From the NCBI RefSeq assembly GCF_009914755.1, contig NC_060938.1: DNA of 64,000 bases; one strand, 5' to 3'. The DNA comes from the human T2T-CHM13v2.0 reference genome, Homo sapiens. The notes beneath the pieces were generated by a model. It saw only the letters and a list, made by a program, of their open reading frames with translations, was not told the origin of the DNA and made no database searches. Both the position numbers and the translations under genes were made by a program. Shown here piece by piece: positions 12,761-23,960 of this stretch; position 1 is the first letter of the stretch; every line of letters starts with the position of its first letter.

Positions 12761-13752
12761 GGACCAATTTCCACTCTCAATTCCTGTGAAGCACAGATCA
12801 AGATAGACATGCTTTAATCATCTGATACTGACAACCCAAGCCTTAAGGCAAATGGATTTGGAGACAGAAGGAATTATGACAAAAAGCTGGCAATAATTTA
12901 TAGCCTGTTGCAAAAAGGTAAACTAGGACAAATGTCCATCTCAGGAGTTGGGGAGGGACTCACTGGGAAAGCAAATCAGATAGCAGCAGGAGTCAAAGCC
13001 AAAGAGCCTTCATCAGAGGAAAAACCAGATAGAACATAGGGGGCACTCATAATAAGCCTTGTATATTTTGTAACTCAAGAAAAGGAAGACATAGGAGATG
13101 GAGCAGACACAAGTAGAGAAACAAAGATGCCAATAGCACTGAAAATGAGAAAACTCCTGCCTCAGTTTTCCATAGCCTCGTATCCCACTTCTAGTTCATC
13201 TGAGGACCAGCTGTAAATCTGTTTCTGCCCTTGAACCATGCATTTGAATACGGCCCCACAGTAATTTCTCCATTGACTTAAGCTTTATATCAAAACTCTT
13301 TCAAAGTTACCCAATTTTTGAGAATTTTTTACTGGCTCTGTCACCCACACATAGTGTCCTGACTTTCTGATTTCTCTTTAGATTCCTAATTCCATCCCAT
13401 TTCCCCCACCATCGTCATTTTTTTTTTTTTTTTTTGTATTTCTCCTCAGTGGCCAATTTTCTTTCCCCTTCTAATGTCTGGAAATTTAGCAAATTCTATT
13501 GTTGACTTAATTTCTATTGATCCTTGGGGTTTAAGCTTTCTACTAAGCAGCTTTCCAAGTCATTTCCCAAACGAAAATAGTTTCTTCTCTGAAAGGACTA
13601 GTATCAATGACTAACATAAAAATTGTTTGGTGTGCGTGTGTGTGTATGTATGTGTATATGTGTTTGTACACTTGAACAAAAAGAAACTGGTAATAATGCA
13701 TATCAAAGTATTAATGGTTATATCTAAGAAGAAGTTGAGGGCAAATTCTACT

Positions 13753-13860
13753 TTTTCAGACACAAATATTTTGTTTAAAATATGAATTCTTCATGTAATA
13801 AAAATATTTTCAGACACAAATATTTTGTTTAAAATATGAATTCTTCATGTAATAAAATTA
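13753..13860. repeat. 54-bp tandem duplication
   Basis: TTTTCAGACACAAATATTTTGTTTAAAATATGAATTCTTCATGTAATAAAA occurs at 13753 and 13807. Confidence 0.95.
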
Positions 13861-13989
13861 TTTTCCAAAATTATTTGCATAATTGTTATTCTTTATGCAG
13901 TGTGTAATAAATTTAACTTTTTTTATTGTAATAAAATATTATATAAATAGAAAGCATAAATACAGAAGAAGACACAGCTTTTGGCCAAA

Positions 13990-14184
13990 AAAGGGAAGAA
14001 AAATATACAATTATGACACTGATAAAAAGATTTTTTATGTAGTAGTAAAAAACAGTTTTCGAGAAACAAAAAAGAAAACTAATAGAATAAAACAGAGAGT
14101 TCAGAATCAGACATGTGCACATAAGGAAATAGTCCATGATAAAGTTGTACCATGAATCAATAGATAAACAGATTGTTTAATAGA
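13990..14184 (+). mobile_element. Old L1M ORF2 fragment (segment 1 of a split element)
   Basis: AATAGAATAAAACAGAGAGTTCAGAATCAGAC...TGATAAAG...TTGTTTAATAGA is decayed L1 ORF2, collinear with 15027-15291 and 23140 onward. Confidence 0.65.
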
Positions 14185-14360
14185 TGTCTTAGCCCATTTT
14201 TGCAGAATATCTGAGACCAGATAATTTACGATGAACAGAAATTTATTGGCTCACATTTCTGGAGGTTGTGAAGTCCAACATCAAGTGCAGGCATCTGGCA
14301 AGGGTCTTCGTGATATGTCATCCCATGGTAAAGGTAAAATGTTAAGAAAGAACAAGAATA

Positions 14361-14635
14361 GGTGGCTCACACCTATAATCCCAGCACTTTGGGAGGCTGA
14401 GGGGGGCAGATCACCTGAGGTTGAGAGTTCAAGACCAGCCTGGCCAACCTGGTGAAACCCTGTCTCTACTAAAAATACAAAAATTAGCTGGGTGTGGTGA
14501 CGCATGTCAGGCATCCCAGCTACTCCGGAGGCTGAGGCAGGAGAATCTCTTGAATGTGGGGAGGCAGAGGTTGCAGTAAGCTGAGATCATGCCATTGCAC
14601 TCCAGCCTGGGCAACAGAGTGAGAGTCCATCCAAA
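14361..14635 (+). mobile_element. AluS (Sx-like), slightly 5'-truncated
   Basis: GGTGGCTCACACCTATAATCCCAGCAC...CACCTGAGGT...CACTCCAGCCTGGGCAACAGAGTGAGA. Confidence 0.95.
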
Positions 14636-14796
14636 AAGGAAAGAAAGAGAGAGAAAGACAAGGAAAGAAAGAAAGAAAGAGAAAGAAAGAAAAAGAAAGA
14701 AAGAAAGAAGGAAAGAAAAGAGGAAGGAAGGAAGAAAAAGAAAGAAAGAAAGATAGAAAGAAAGAAGGAAAGAAAGAAAAAGAAAGAAGGAAAGAA

Positions 14797-14874
<78 letters not shown>
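14633..14874 (+). repeat. (GAAA)n-rich polypurine microsatellite derived from the Alu tail
   Basis: About 240 bp, almost purely A/G, ending in a long perfect GAAA run. Confidence 0.95.
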
Positions 14875-14875
<1 letters not shown>

Positions 14876-15026
14876 GGTGGCCTAGACTTTTATACGGCCA
14901 CCAATTCCACCTATGAGGGTAGAAACCTCATGGCCTAATCTCTCAAAGCTTCCACCTCTCAAAACTAGTACAATGGCAATTAAATATCAACATGAGTTTT
15001 GGAGAGGACAAACTGAAACCAGAGCA

Positions 15027-15291
15027 GTAGATAATATTATGAAAATAATATTCTCTAACATATGGAGAAATATGTAACTGGAATTCTATATATTAACAGA
15101 CAAAAATTATCTCTAGATAAAGACAAATTAAACTTTGAAAATAATTTTAAAATAAGAAAATTTATTTGTGTCATAAGACTTCTTAAACAAAATGTCAAGA
15201 GTACAATGTATAAGGGAAAATCAATTAACTGAATTATACATATTATAAAGGATTTCTGTTTAATAAAAACATGACAGACAAATTAATAGGT
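15027..15291 (+). mobile_element. Old L1M ORF2 fragment (segment 2)
   Basis: ATATGGAGAAA...ACTTCTTAAACAAAA...GATTTCTGTTTAATAAAAAC is decayed L1 ORF2. Confidence 0.6.
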
Positions 15292-15513
15292 TGTCTTTGT
15301 GTGTGTTCTTGCCACAAAGCAGAATTTGTGTACATGTAGTTTATTCTGTGAAGTGATTTAAAGGAATGAGTTCCTGGGAAGAGAAAAACAGGAAAGGAGG
15401 AAACATTCATACAGGCACATATTATCAGTCAGGTCACTGTCATGGCCTTCATCCTGTTGAGACCTTTTGAGGACCTGTGTAGAATGCATTTAAAATTATT
15501 TACCCAAGAAAGA
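15292..15513 (-). mobile_element. LTR33/LTR16-like LTR, left part (split by the ERVL insertion)
   Basis: TGTCTT...AAGCAGA...TAGTTTATT..GAAGTGAT resembles the reverse LTR33 3' end. It continues at 21921. Confidence 0.6.
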
Positions 15514-16116
15514 TGTGATGATTAACTTCATGCCTCAATTTGACAGGATTACAAGGGGCCCAGATATTTTGACAGACATTTTTCTAGATGTTTCTCTTCC
15601 AGTGTTGTTTCTTTTTTATGAGATTAACTTTAAATCTACAGATTAAATAAAGCAGTTTGCCCTCCATAATGTGTGTGGTCTCCACCCAATCACTTGAAGA
15701 CCTTTATAGAACAAAAAGGCTGATGAGATTTCCCTGGAGTTAGAGGGAATTCCTGCTACCTGTTAGCCTTCAAACTGAGATGCTAGCTTTTTCTTCAAAC
15801 TTGAACTAAAACATTGGCAGTTTCTGGGTCTCTAGACTGCTGACCTTTGGACTAGAACTGCACCATTGACTGTCCTGGTTCCTAGGCCTTTGCACTTGGA
15901 TTGGAACTATACTATTGGTTCTCCTTTGTGTCCAGCTTACCAAATCACCCTGAATATTATGGGACTTGTCAGTCTCTATAATTGTGTGAGCCAATTCCTT
16001 ATAATGATATATATACTTAATAAAATATATAATGATATATATTTATAGATATATGCATCCTATACACATTCTGTATCCTATTGGTTCTGATTATCTGGTG
16101 AACACCAGCTAGTACA
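15514..16116 (+). mobile_element. MLT2 (C/D-like) 5' LTR of an ERVL provirus
   Basis: TGTGATGATTAACTTCATG..TCAATTTGAC...AAAGCAG.TTGCCCTCCATAATGTG...CCTATTGGTTCTG...CTAGTACA. Confidence 0.88.
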
Positions 16117-17464
16117 GATTTTTATGCCAAGAATTATTCTATAGGAACAGGATTTTAGGAATGAGTCTACTGAATTGGTTTTGGAATTTCTGGAATTGGC
16201 TTTTTAATCTGATTAGATTTACATATTATTTCCATCACATGATATGTGATTTGGCAAAAGAGACACAAAACATTACCATTAGACACTCCTAATCAACTAG
16301 TATAAGCAAGTGTCTGAGCCACTGTGTATATGATACTTTCAAACATTTTTCTCAAACTAACTAGTATAATGAGATCAGCTGTTATCTACTAAGGTCACTG
16401 GATAATGTGGTAAAATAAAAAGATGAGCTCAGAGATTTGAATTTCTCCTGTAGCAACAGAGCTGAGTTTAGTTAAAACCAAACTCAGAATCTCAGACTGC
16501 AACTGGCTGACGTACAACACAAGTAATCTCCCAGACTCACAAGGTGTCTGCTGTTAAATTGAGGGCAGTGATTGGCAAAGAATGGGATCCTGAAAGTTGG
16601 ATGAGGTTCTGTGGGAAGACCCTGATGAAGCTGAAGGCGTTGAGCCCCTAAATTGAGGAGTCTTCTTTGTCAATGGAAGCAGTCTCCCACCTTGCATGGA
16701 AGAGGCCTCTTCACCCCAGTGGAAGCAGCCTCTCTACCTCCAGTAGAAGCAGCCCTTTCACCCCCATCTGAGGAGATTAACCCTGCATTGCCTGGGAAAA
16801 CTGTGACTTCTCCTGATGCAGTTGCCGTGAAAGACAATGCTGAATCTCCTCAGGACCCACCGCCATCACTCTTCTAGCTGCTATACATCTAACACTTAGA
16901 CATTTAACTAGACTCAAGTCCCACAGGCCCCTAAAGGTGAGATGCAAAGTATGACTCATAAGGAAGGACACTATGCTCCAAAAGAACAGAGTTTTGTAAT
17001 TTAAACAAAGAAGAATCTAGGGAATATTAGTGGAAATGAATACTGAGGGTGTGGAATAATGGTGGAAGGAATGTAAAGTTGAATCAAGCCGAATTTATTT
17101 GCTGACCAAGCAAAGATTTTGCATTTAATGTTACAGCTCAAGGAGTTAGAAAGGGCTCTAACATTTTATTTCGTTGGTTGGCTAATACAGAAAGCACAAG
17201 GTGGCCACCAGTGAGAGAGTCAGAAGTGCCAGACAAATCCACATCTTTCGCCACATCAGTGAGAAATAAGTTTGTGAGGGGAGCCCCAGCAACCTTGAAG
17301 GGCTTTGTGATTACTATTTTTTGTAGGCCAGATCTTCCAATGGGAACTGTAGTTTGTAATGAATTGGGAAACTAAATGCTATGGATATAATTAGATCCTG
17401 GGGTGGGTCAATGGGAGTAACTTGATCCTTAGGTCAAGTAGCAGTACTCAGTTTGCAAAAGTGA

Positions 17465-17861
17465 AGCTATGGACTGAATGTTTTTGTCCCCCCCAGACAT
17501 TCATGTGTTGATCCCCTATCCCACAATTTGAGGGTATTTGGAGGTAGACTCTTTGGGAAATAATTAGGTTTTGATGACATCAGAAGGATAAAGTCCCTAT
17601 GATTACATCAGTGTTCTCATAAGAAGAGAAAGAGACTTAACAGCGCTCTCTCTCAGGTACATGCACAGAGGAAAGGCCATGTGAGCATCCAATAAGAAAA
17701 TGACCACCTAAAAGCAAGGAAAATGACCATCACTGAAAGCCAAATATGCCAGCACCTGATCTTGGACTTCCCAGCCTCCACAACTATGGTAAATAAATGT
17801 CTGATGTTTAAGCCATCTAGTCTACAGTATTTTGTTATAGCAGCCCCAACTGATCAAGACA
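17465..17861 (+). mobile_element. MLT1A/A0-like MaLR LTR inserted in ERVL gag
   Basis: GCTATGGACTGAATGTT...GTATTTGGAGGT...CTTGGACTTCCCAGCCTCCA...TTTTGTTATAGCAGCCC...AAGACA. Confidence 0.88.
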
Positions 17862-20800
17862 GACAAGGTGGGTGTGGTTACTATATTAGAGGTCAGTAGA
17901 GCCAAAGTATCAATCAGAATACTTACTCATGCAGACCTATGGCATTGGCTAGTTGCTCATGGTGTTCCTCGACCTGAAATAGATAAGAATCCTGCTAAAC
18001 GCTTCATTTGGTCTGTAAAAGTGGAAAAGTTCTAGGTCAAGTGAACAAAAGTCTAATCTGAATCATAAAAACAGTCATGGCCTCTCAATTAATTCCCAGA
18101 CTTGAGCCAGTTTGTAGACCCAGAACTCTTTGAATGAAGGGGTGGTCAGGTCCTTTGAGGAAAGACCCTGGACACCGCCAAAAAATTATACTGTTAATCT
18201 TTCCCTTGGCCATCCTCAAAGGTATCTATGGCCTTTTATCAAGGTCACTGTGCACTAGGGAAAAGAAAATAATCAGACTTTTCATTGATTCTGAATTGAC
18301 ACTTATTTCAGGAAACCTAAACATCACTGTGGTCCATAAGTCAGAGTAGCAGCTTATAGAGGTCAGAGTCAATGGAGTTTTAGCTCAGTGGGCCCAGTGG
18401 GTTTCTCGAACGCATCCTGTGGTCATTTACTCAGTCTGGACTGCGTAATTGGAATATATATACACAACAGTTGGCAGGACTCCCACATTGGTTCCCTAAC
18501 CTGTTGAGTAAGGGCATTCTGGTGGGAAAGATCAAATGGAGGCTGCTAGAACTGTGTCTACCTTGGCAAATAGGAATAAAAAAAAAAATAGTGCATTCCT
18601 GGAGGAATTGTAGAGATTAATGCCATCATCCAGCACTTGAAAGGTGCAGAGCTGATAATTCCCACCACATTCCCATTTAACTCATCAATTTGGTCTGTGC
18701 AGAAGACAGATTGATCTTGGAGAATGACAGTGGATTTTCATAAGCTTAACCAGGTGGCGACTCTAATTGTAGCTGCTGTACCAGATGTGATTTCACTGCT
18801 TGAACAAATTAACACATCCCGTTACCTGGTAGGCAGCTATTGATCAGGCAAGTGCATTTTTCTTCATATCTGTTAAGAAAGATCACCAAAAGCAGTTTGC
18901 TTTCAGCTGGCAAGGCCAGAAATACACGTTCGCTCTCCAAACTTAGTGATATATCAACTATCCAGCCTTATGTCGAAATTTAGGTTACAGAGATCTTAAT
19001 AATCTCTCCTTCTATAAGATATTACACTTGTCCATTATATTCACGACATTATGCTGATTTGACCTAGTGAGTAAGAAGCAGCAAATGCTCTGGACTTATT
19101 GGCAAGACACTTGTGTGTGTCGGAAGGTGGGAAATAAATCCAACAAAAATTCAGAGGCCTTCTACCTCAGTGAAATTTCTAGAGGTCCAGTGATACAAGG
19201 CGTGTTGAGACATACCTTTTAAGGTGAGGGATAAACTATTGCATCTGGTCCTTCCTACAACCAAAATAATAAAAATACATAATGGGCTTCTTTGGATTTT
19301 GGAGAAGATATATTATTAATATGGGTGTGTTACTCCTGCCTATTTGCCAAGTGACTCAAAAGTGCTAGCGTTTGAGGCCCAAACAAAGTGAAGGCTCTTT
19401 AATATGTCCAGGCTGCTGTGCAAACTGCTTTGCCACTTGAGCCATAATATCCAGAAGATACAATGGTATTTGAATTATTAGTGGCAGATAGAAATGCTAT
19501 TTGGAGTCTTTGGTGGGTCCCTGCAGGTAAATCACAGCTCAGGCTCATGGAATTTTTGGAGCAGAGTCCTGGCATCCTTTGTGGATAACTTCTCTGTCTT
19601 TGAAAAACAGCTCTTAGCCTGCTACTGGGCCTTGGTACAGACCAAATGCTTAACTATGGGCCATGAATTAACATATAACCTGAGGTGTCCATTATGACCA
19701 CCACCAAAAAGTGGACAGCTGCAGCATCCCTAAAGGTTACTGGTGAAGGGAAATCTGGGACATCCATAAAGCTGAGTAGTGAATGGAAATCTTCCCAGTG
19801 AACAGAATGCTGATCATTGCACCTGGTTGTTCACTTTGCTTGAAAGGAGAAATAGCCAGACAGGCAATTATATATAGACTTATGGGCTGTGGCCAATGTT
19901 CTGATTGGAACATAGAAACTTGGAAGAAACATAATTGGAAAATTGGTGCCAAGAAAATTTCGGGCAAGATATATGGATAGACCTTTCTGAATGGGCAAAA
20001 GAAATGTGAAGATATTTGTGTCTTAAGTGAATGCTCACCAAAACACGAACTCACTAGAAGGAGATTTTAATAATCAACAGTATAAGTTAACCTGTTCTTT
20101 AGATACCAGTCAGCCTCTTCCCCAACAACCCCTATCCTTTCCCAATGGGTTCATGAACAAAGTACACATGATGGCAGGGAGAAAGATCATATATGGGCCC
20201 AGCAACATGGACTTCCACTTACCAAGGCTTACCTGGCTTATGGTCACTGCTAAGTACTTAAATTACCAGCAGCTGAGACAATGAGTACACAGTATAATAC
20301 CGTTCCCCAGGGTGATCATGTAGCTATGAAGCTTTCTTATCTACTATCATGGTATTCCATGTAGCATTGCTTCTGGTCAAGAAACTCACTTCATAGCAAA
20401 AGCAGTTTGGCAATGAGCTCATGCTCATGGAATTCACTGGTCTCACCATGTCTCCCACCATCATAAAGCTGCTGAATTGATAGAAAAGTGGAATGGTCTT
20501 TCGATGACTCATTAACAGCCCCAGTTAGGTGGCAATATATTGCAGGCCTGGGACAAGGTTCTCCAGGAGACTATATATGCTCAGAATCAGCATCCAATAT
20601 ATGGTGTTGTTTATCCCATAGCCAGGATTCTTGGAGTCCAGGAATCAAGGGGTGGAAATGGGAGTGGCACACCTCAGTATTATCCTTATTGATGCAATAG
20701 CAAACCTTTGTTCTATCCCTTTAACTGTATATTGTGCTGACCTAGAGACCTTAGTTCCAAATGGAGGAATGCTTCTACTAGAAAAAGCAATATTTCCATT

Positions 20801-21080
20801 AAACTGGAAGTTAAAATTGCCAACTGGCCACTTGGGGCTTCTCAGGCCTCTGAAACAAGAGGCAAAGCAGAAAATTACTGTACTGGCTGGAGAGATTGAT
20901 CTTGACTACCAAGAGGAAATTGGACTACTGCTTTGCAATAGAGATAAGAAGGAGTATGTCAGGAATACAGGAGATCTCTTACGGTATCTCTTTGAATTAT
21001 CATGCCCTGTGATTAAGCTCAATGGAAATCTGCAATAACCCAATGCAGGTAGGACTACTAATGGCCCAGACTCTACACTC

Positions 21081-21374
21081 TTTTTTTTTTTTTTGAGACG
21101 GAGTCTCACTCTGTCGCTCAGGCTGGAGTGCAGTGGCATGATCTCGGCTCACTGCAAACTCCGCCTCCTGGGTTCACCCATTCTCCTGCCTCAGCCTCCT
21201 GAGTAGCTGGGACTACAGGCACCCACCACCACGCCCAGCTAATTTTTTGTATTTTTAGTAGAAATGGGGTTTCACCGTGTTAGCCAGGATGGTCTCGATC
21301 TCCTGACCTTGTGATCCACCTGCCTCAGCCTCTCAAAGTACCGGGATTACAGGCATGAGCCACTGCGCCTGGCC
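21081..21374 (-). mobile_element. AluY-like, inserted in the ERVL 3' region
   Basis: AluY diagnostic GTGTTAGCCAGGATGGTCTCGATC. 16-bp TSD TAATGGCCCAGACTCT at 21059-21074 and 21375-21390. Confidence 0.95.
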
Positions 21375-21519
21375 TAATGGCCCAGACTCTTTAGGAATAA
21401 AAGTTTGGGCCACTTTACAAGGCAAAAGACCACACTTGGCTGAAATGCTCTCTGAGGTAAAGGGAATAGAGAATAGGTCATGGAAGAAGATGGCCAGCCA
21501 AGCTGACAAGGGGTGGCCT

Positions 21520-21920
21520 TGTGCGAGTTAATTTTATGTGTCAATTTGACAGAGCAGTGGGGTGTTCAGATATTTGGTCAAACATTATTCTGGGTGTTTC
21601 TGTGAAGGTGTTTTTGGATAAGATTAAAATTTAAATTGACAAACTGAGTAAAGCAGATTGCCCTTCATAATTTGAGGATACCTCATCCAATTATTTGAAG
21701 GCCTGAATACAACAAAAACTCTGATTCACCTCTGAGTTGAGAGCATTCTTCCCACATGACAGCCTTTGAGCTGAAACATTGGCTTTTTTCTGCCTTGGGA
21801 CTGGAGCTACACTATCAGCTCTCCTAGGTCTCCAGCTTGATGACTCACCCCATGGATCTTGGGACTTACCAGCCTACATAATTTCAAGAGCTAATTCTCT
21901 GGAGAACACAGACTAGTACA
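21520..21920 (+). mobile_element. MLT2 3' LTR of the ERVL provirus
   Basis: TGTG..AGTTAATTTTATGTGTCAATTTGAC...ACATTATTCTGGGTGTTTCTGTGAAGGTG...CTGGAGAAC...CTAGTACA. Confidence 0.88.
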
Positions 21921-22242
21921 GCAAAGGAAAAAGATGCCTTTACCCTCCATCTCTGGTTCCCCATTGGTCAAGATTTGTCCATGAAATGTTAACTCACTCA
22001 CACATTCAAGTTCACACATGCATGTGCCCAGTGGATGCCCACAACCACGCCACACAAGGAATTGAAAAATCCTCAAAGCAGAAAGTGAAAAATATAGAGT
22101 GAAGTTGAGGTAAGATTATTTGAGACAGAATTGAATAAACTTGCATGGCTGGTATAAAAGGAAGGCTGCATATACAAACATGGCATGTATAAAAGGTAGG
22201 CTGAGCAGGTGTGAGGCAGGGCCCATGCACTTCATGTGCTAC
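21921..22242 (-). mobile_element. LTR33/LTR16-like LTR, right part
   Basis: CCCCATTGGTCAAG...GGTGTGAGGCAGGGC...TGCTAC. The reverse complement resembles the LTR33 5' terminus. Confidence 0.55.
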
Positions 22243-23084
22243 TCAGATAAACTCAGGTGCTCCATTAAGTCCAATGCATTACAGAATCCTTCAAGCAGAT
22301 CCCTGCCAAATTTTCTACAAAAGACTTAACATAGAAAGAAGAAAGCTACCATTCCTGCTATGGATTCTGGTCATTACACCATAATTATCAGTCATCTTCC
22401 TGCCCACCACCCATGCTAAATGAAGTCGAGACTAAGGCTGCTGCAACTGACCATTTACAGTTCTCACTGAGTGTGGAAGTACCAAGATATGTATAAGTGA
22501 ATCTTCTGGGTTCCACACATACTTCTCCCTGTCTGCAACCAAAGTGTTCTTTGGTTCTTCATAGTGTTGAGCATAAATTACTCCAACAATACCGTGACCG
22601 CTTTCTTTGCCTGGGGTCAACAGATATTCCTCTATGTAACATAATCTTCCACTTTCTCCACTCTTACATTTGTCCTGGTGCTGACAGCATATGTTACTTG
22701 GATCTAGCTATTATTTGCAAATGTATGTCATTTCCTCATGGAGAATGTATTGTACTTTCCCCTCAGGCTATGCTACAATTTGATCCTTGTGAGTGGTCTG
22801 GAGGCGATGAAACAAAACGAAATCTTGAAAAGAAGAAGCATTACTTTGCAAGAAACTTCCCGCAGGTAAGGTCTCTAACAGACCTCCAAGTGATGGGAGG
22901 CTATAGAGAAGAAGCTGCTTCTGCCATCCTCAATGGTTCAGGAGCATCTGGGAGCTGATAATTCTCTGACTTGTCCACCCAAATGTTCCCCAATGTTCCC
23001 ATTTTGGGTTAGATGGTCTCACTCAGTTTCTATTAGGGCCCTGACTTTAACCCAGAAAACCTGTTACGTCTCTGCATGGCACCT
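22243..23084 (-). mobile_element. ERVL-class internal fragment belonging to the LTR33-like LTR
   Basis: Minus ORF 22432-22620 '...REKYVWNPEDSL...VNGQLQQP' resembles the ERVL dUTPase-adjacent 3' region (compare ORF 20631). Confidence 0.6.

Positions 23085-23132
<48 letters not shown>
23085..23132. repeat. (CTA)n trinucleotide microsatellite
   Basis: About 16 perfect CTA units. Confidence 0.95.
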
Positions 23133-23139
23133 TCACTAT

Positions 23140-23960
23140 AGTGATAACCAGATGGGAGAAGAATTAATATCTTGCAAATGATTGATATCAGAACAATTAA
23201 GGAACTCCTGTAACTCAACAGCAACAACAACAAAGAAAGAACTCCCATGGAATATTGGACAAAAGTTATGAAAAATTCATTTGCAGAAAAATAAAAAGCA
23301 TTTGAGGAATGATTCAAAGCATTACAGAGAAATGATAAACACTAAGACACAATAAAGTATCACTTAATACCTAGGACTGGTAAAAATGAAAATGCTGAAT
23401 TTGATGAGGGATGTTGGTGAAGTGAGAACGGAGTAACCACCACGCTCCGCTGGTGAGCATGTAGCCTGTTGCGGTCCCTGTGAAGAGTAGCTGACATTAC
23501 TGAGATGAGTGTCTGTATACCCGGGAACTAGCAAGTGCACTCCTGAATTTATATTCCAAGGAATTTTCAGACTAAATCAAAGAGAAAATGCCAGCAAGGT
23601 TCTCTGCAGTTTATTTGTTATTTCCAGCAGTGGGAAAACAAACAGGTAAAGTGTGATTAACACCCTATGCAGTATTATGTAGCAGTAGGAAGCAACAAAT
23701 GAGGTGTACATGAAGTGACATAGAGTATAAAAACAGAGTACTTGGTCACAAAATATAGAAAATGAGCACAATCCCATTTAGATACATTAATGTACATGTA
23801 CACAAACAATATACATTTTTGGAAGAACACAAAAATAGATACATATAAAATATATAAGAATGACTGCTGAGGAAGAGAATGGAAATTGAGTATAGGAACA
23901 ACAGAACAAGTAATTAAATAATAGAAGTGCATTGCATGTATCGGTAATGATGACAATATG
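23140..23960 (+). mobile_element. Old L1M 3' ORF2/3'UTR (segment 3)
   Basis: GGGAGAAGA...AAGGAACTCCTGTAACTCAACA...GCTGGTGAG.ATGTA...CTAGCAA.TGCACTCCTG. Confidence 0.65.

Larger units (their letters stand above)
14185..15026 (-). mobile_element. MST-type MaLR LTR split by an Alu
   Basis: TGTCTTAG...AATTTATTGGCTCACA..TCTGGAGG...AAGTCCAA, resuming as CCTCATGGCCTAATC...CAACATGAGTTTTGGAGAGGACA. TSD ATAGA/GTAGA. Confidence 0.85.
16117..21519 (+). mobile_element. ERVL (HERVL/ERVL-B4-like) internal region: decayed gag, pro, RT, RNase H, IN, dUTPase-like
   Basis: RT '[13 protein letters not shown]' near 18718 and 'HYIHDIML' near 19033. RNase H-adjacent 'FEKQLLACYWALV' in ORF 19494. dUTPase-like 'PLNWKLKLPTGHLGLL' in ORF 20631. 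PPT-like CAAGGGGTGG precedes the 3' LTR. Many stops and frameshifts. Confidence 0.92.

Noticed and set aside
3410-13860. Repeated 32-54 bp units as a CRISPR-like array
   Set aside because: Each is an isolated two-copy tandem duplication with no spacers. The units are unrelated to each other and the DNA is eukaryotic.
18600-21040. RT, integrase and dUTPase-like motifs as a novel or domesticated system
   Set aside because: This is ordinary ERVL pol order with many stops and frameshifts. The catalytic YxDD has decayed to YIHD.
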